Positions 62,517 to 64,000 of a stretch of DNA of 64,000 nucleotides are shown here, piece after piece. A program made the position numbers and the translations under genes. The stretch comes from an uncultured Saprospiraceae bacterium. Lineage in GTDB: Bacteria; Bacteroidota; Bacteroidia; Chitinophagales; Saprospiraceae. Position 1 is the stretch's first letter; each line of letters starts with the position of its first letter. The notes under the pieces were generated by a model. It saw only the letters and a program-made list of their open reading frames with translations. It did no database searches and was not told the DNA's origin. Location of the stretch: contig CALFWZ010000143.1 of the NCBI GenBank assembly GCA_937928405.1, positions 3,208-67,207 on the forward strand. The letters are read 5' to 3'.

Positions 62517-64000
62517 ATGAAAATCAAAATAAAACACCCCGCTAAAACAACTTGGCCATTAGTTATCATTCCGATGATGCCTCGTGATTTGGCTTCCGCC
62601 AATTTTAAAAATTTTAGTAAAAAAGAAGATTTACCAAAAAAAATAATCTCCTCTTTTTCAGCAAAAAAAGCCACCTGTTTATTATTAGCCGGATCGCAGA
62701 CAGAACAAATCATCCTTGTTGGAATAGGGGAAGATCCTACCTATAAAGACATCTTATTTGTCTTTAGAAAATTCGCCGTAGATCATAAAAAACAACTGAA
62801 TACTAAGTTAACACTACACCTTAGTTTCACGAGTATGGCCAAAAATGCTCAAAAAATTACCTTACTCACTGCTGCGGCAGTCAACGGCTTACAACTAAGC
62901 ACCTACGATATTGGTCTTTATAAAACCCATGATAAAATAGTTCATCCACTGGCAAAATCAACCAGCACTTTGACCATTTTAGTAGATAAAACATTTCAAA
63001 ATGAGGTCGAGGACGCTGCTTTGGAAGGAGCCGCTAAAGGGAGTACCCAACTAAGCATTATGGATTTGGTCAACGCCCCGGGAAACAAAGCTATTCCAGA
63101 AGTGCTAGGACAATGGGCGATTAATTCTGGCAAACGCTTCGGTTATAAAACCACAGTATTCTCAAAAAAGAAAATTACTAGCACTGGTCTACATGCCCTA
63201 CTTGCGGTCAACCGCGGCAGCGAATATATGCCTGCTTTTGTCGTCATGGAATACAAACCAAAAAATGCGGGCAAGAAAAAACTTCCCAAAGTAGGACTGG
63301 TTGGAAAAGGCGTTACCTTTGATACCGGTGGAATTTCTATCAAGGGACATCAGAATATGCACTACATGAAAAGCGATATGGGCGGTGCTGCTGCCGTGCT
63401 CGGAACCATGGAATTAACGGCAAAATTACAGCTACCTGTCCATCTGATCGGAATCGTTCCAGCTACCGATAACTGTGTCGATGCCACCGCCATCAAACCT
63501 GGAGACGTCATAAATTCTTATAGCGGCAAAACCATTGAAATTATTGATACTGATGCCGAAGGTCGGCTCATTCTCGCCGATGGACTCGCCTATCTCAACA
63601 AAAAATTCAATCCAGAGATCATGCTTGATTTGGCTACCTTAACAGGTAGTAGTGTTCGTACATTTGGCTACCAGTGTGGTGCTGCCTTTAGTAAAAATGA
63701 ACAGTTGATCGCACAACTTACCGCAGCCGGCGATGCCACGGGAGAACGAATTTGGCCACTCCCGCTTTGGGACGATTATCAAAATCATATGGATAGTGAC
63801 GTAGCGGATATTAAAAATTTTAGTGGACGGCCAGTGGCAGGAGCCATCAGTGCCGCTAAATTTCTAGAATTTTTTACAAATAAACATCCTCAGTGGGCAC
63901 ATCTTGATATAGCTGGGGTAGCTTTCGGTGATACCGGTTTTTCTAAACAAAAAAGTGCCACGGGATACGGCGTTGGATTATTAGTAGAATTTCTTAAAAA
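62517..64000 (+). CDS. pepA: Leucyl aminopeptidase (peptidase M17), 3' end outside window
   Basis: My own translation from the ATG at 62517 gives MKIKIKHPAKTTWPLVIIP.... M17 blocks VGKGVTFDTGGISIK, MKSDMGGAA and DTDAEGRLILAD are present. The ORF stays open to the window edge, so it is absent from the track. Confidence 0.9.
   Translation, partial: MKIKIKHPAKTTWPLVIIPMMPRDLASANFKNFSKKEDLPKKIISSFSAKKATCLLLAGSQTEQIILVGIGEDPTYKDILFVFRKFAVDHKKQLNTKLTLHLSFTSMAKNAQKITLLTAAAVNGLQLSTYDIGLYKTHDKIVHPLAKSTSTLTILVDKTFQNEVEDAALEGAAKGSTQLSIMDLVNAPGNKAIPEVLGQWAINSGKRFGYKTTVFSKKKITSTGLHALLAVNRGSEYMPAFVVMEYKPKNAGKKKLPKVGLVGKGVTFDTGGISIKGHQNMHYMKSDMGGAAAVLGTMELTAKLQLPVHLIGIVPATDNCVDATAIKPGDVINSYSGKTIEIIDTDAEGRLILADGLAYLNKKFNPEIMLDLATLTGSSVRTFGYQCGAAFSKNEQLIAQLTAAGDATGERIWPLPLWDDYQNHMDSDVADIKNFSGRPVAGAISAAKFLEFFTNKHPQWAHLDIAGVAFGDTGFSKQKSATGYGVGLLVEFLK

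Noticed and set aside
62486-62713. 75-aa minus-strand ORF
   Set aside because: It is antisense to the N-terminal part of pepA, which I could translate continuously from 62517 to the window end with canonical M17 motifs.
1-64000. Search for tRNA, rRNA, tmRNA, RNase P or riboswitch-like sequences in the longer intergenic regions (7039-7603, 11036-11677, 26245-26802, 55311-55701, 60159-60480)
   Set aside because: I could not find any cloverleaf-compatible GTTCRANYC/TAGC motifs or conserved riboswitch cores by eye. A covariance-model scan (Infernal/Rfam, tRNAscan-SE) would be needed to exclude them formally.

Overview
This is a chromosomal segment from a Bacteroidota genome, and I cannot assign a genus. 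The assignment rests on gldM/gldN, a DUF5103 plug-like protein, several secreted proteins with T9SS C-terminal sorting domains, TAnnTTTG-type -7 promoter boxes and the absence of Shine-Dalgarno signals. Most of the window is housekeeping: rpsT, sucA, metG, asd, guaB, tadA, truA, pcm, dgkA, mpg, pepA and a PBP4-type dacB. Around these sit envelope and transport genes: an FtsX permease, a CaCA antiporter, metal ABC SBP and ATPase genes, a TolC+HlyD pair and a rhomboid protease. There is also T9SS cargo, namely a PL7-like lyase, a CotH/LTD protein and a 1138-aa triple-LTD protein next to an EEP nuclease. I found no rRNA, tRNA or CRISPR array. The best candidate for an undescribed system is a strongly AT-rich two-gene island on the minus strand at 49086-51272. 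It encodes a Mrr-like PD-(D/E)xK protein and an AlbA_2/Schlafen-like protein. Each is fused to what looks like a related, uncharacterised beta-rich C-terminal module, and the island directly abuts a frameshifted IS element that has perfect 17-bp inverted repeats and a 5-bp target duplication. A second AT-rich single-gene island (39840-40886) encodes a multi-TM protein with a TIR/flavodoxin-like cytoplasmic core. A regulator-dense block (53044-61017) holds two paralogous ECF sigma factors, two tandem HTH-S24 (LexA-like) paralogs, an orphan LytTR regulator and an LMW-PTP. Three sequence-level repeat families are visible: G/T-rich TTGAA/TTGAG-type arrays just 3' of stop codons, REP-like TTTACTAAACC...GGTTTAGTAAA hairpins flanking metG, and GAGGTTGAG arrays. 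All functional calls come from reading motifs by eye; no database search was run.
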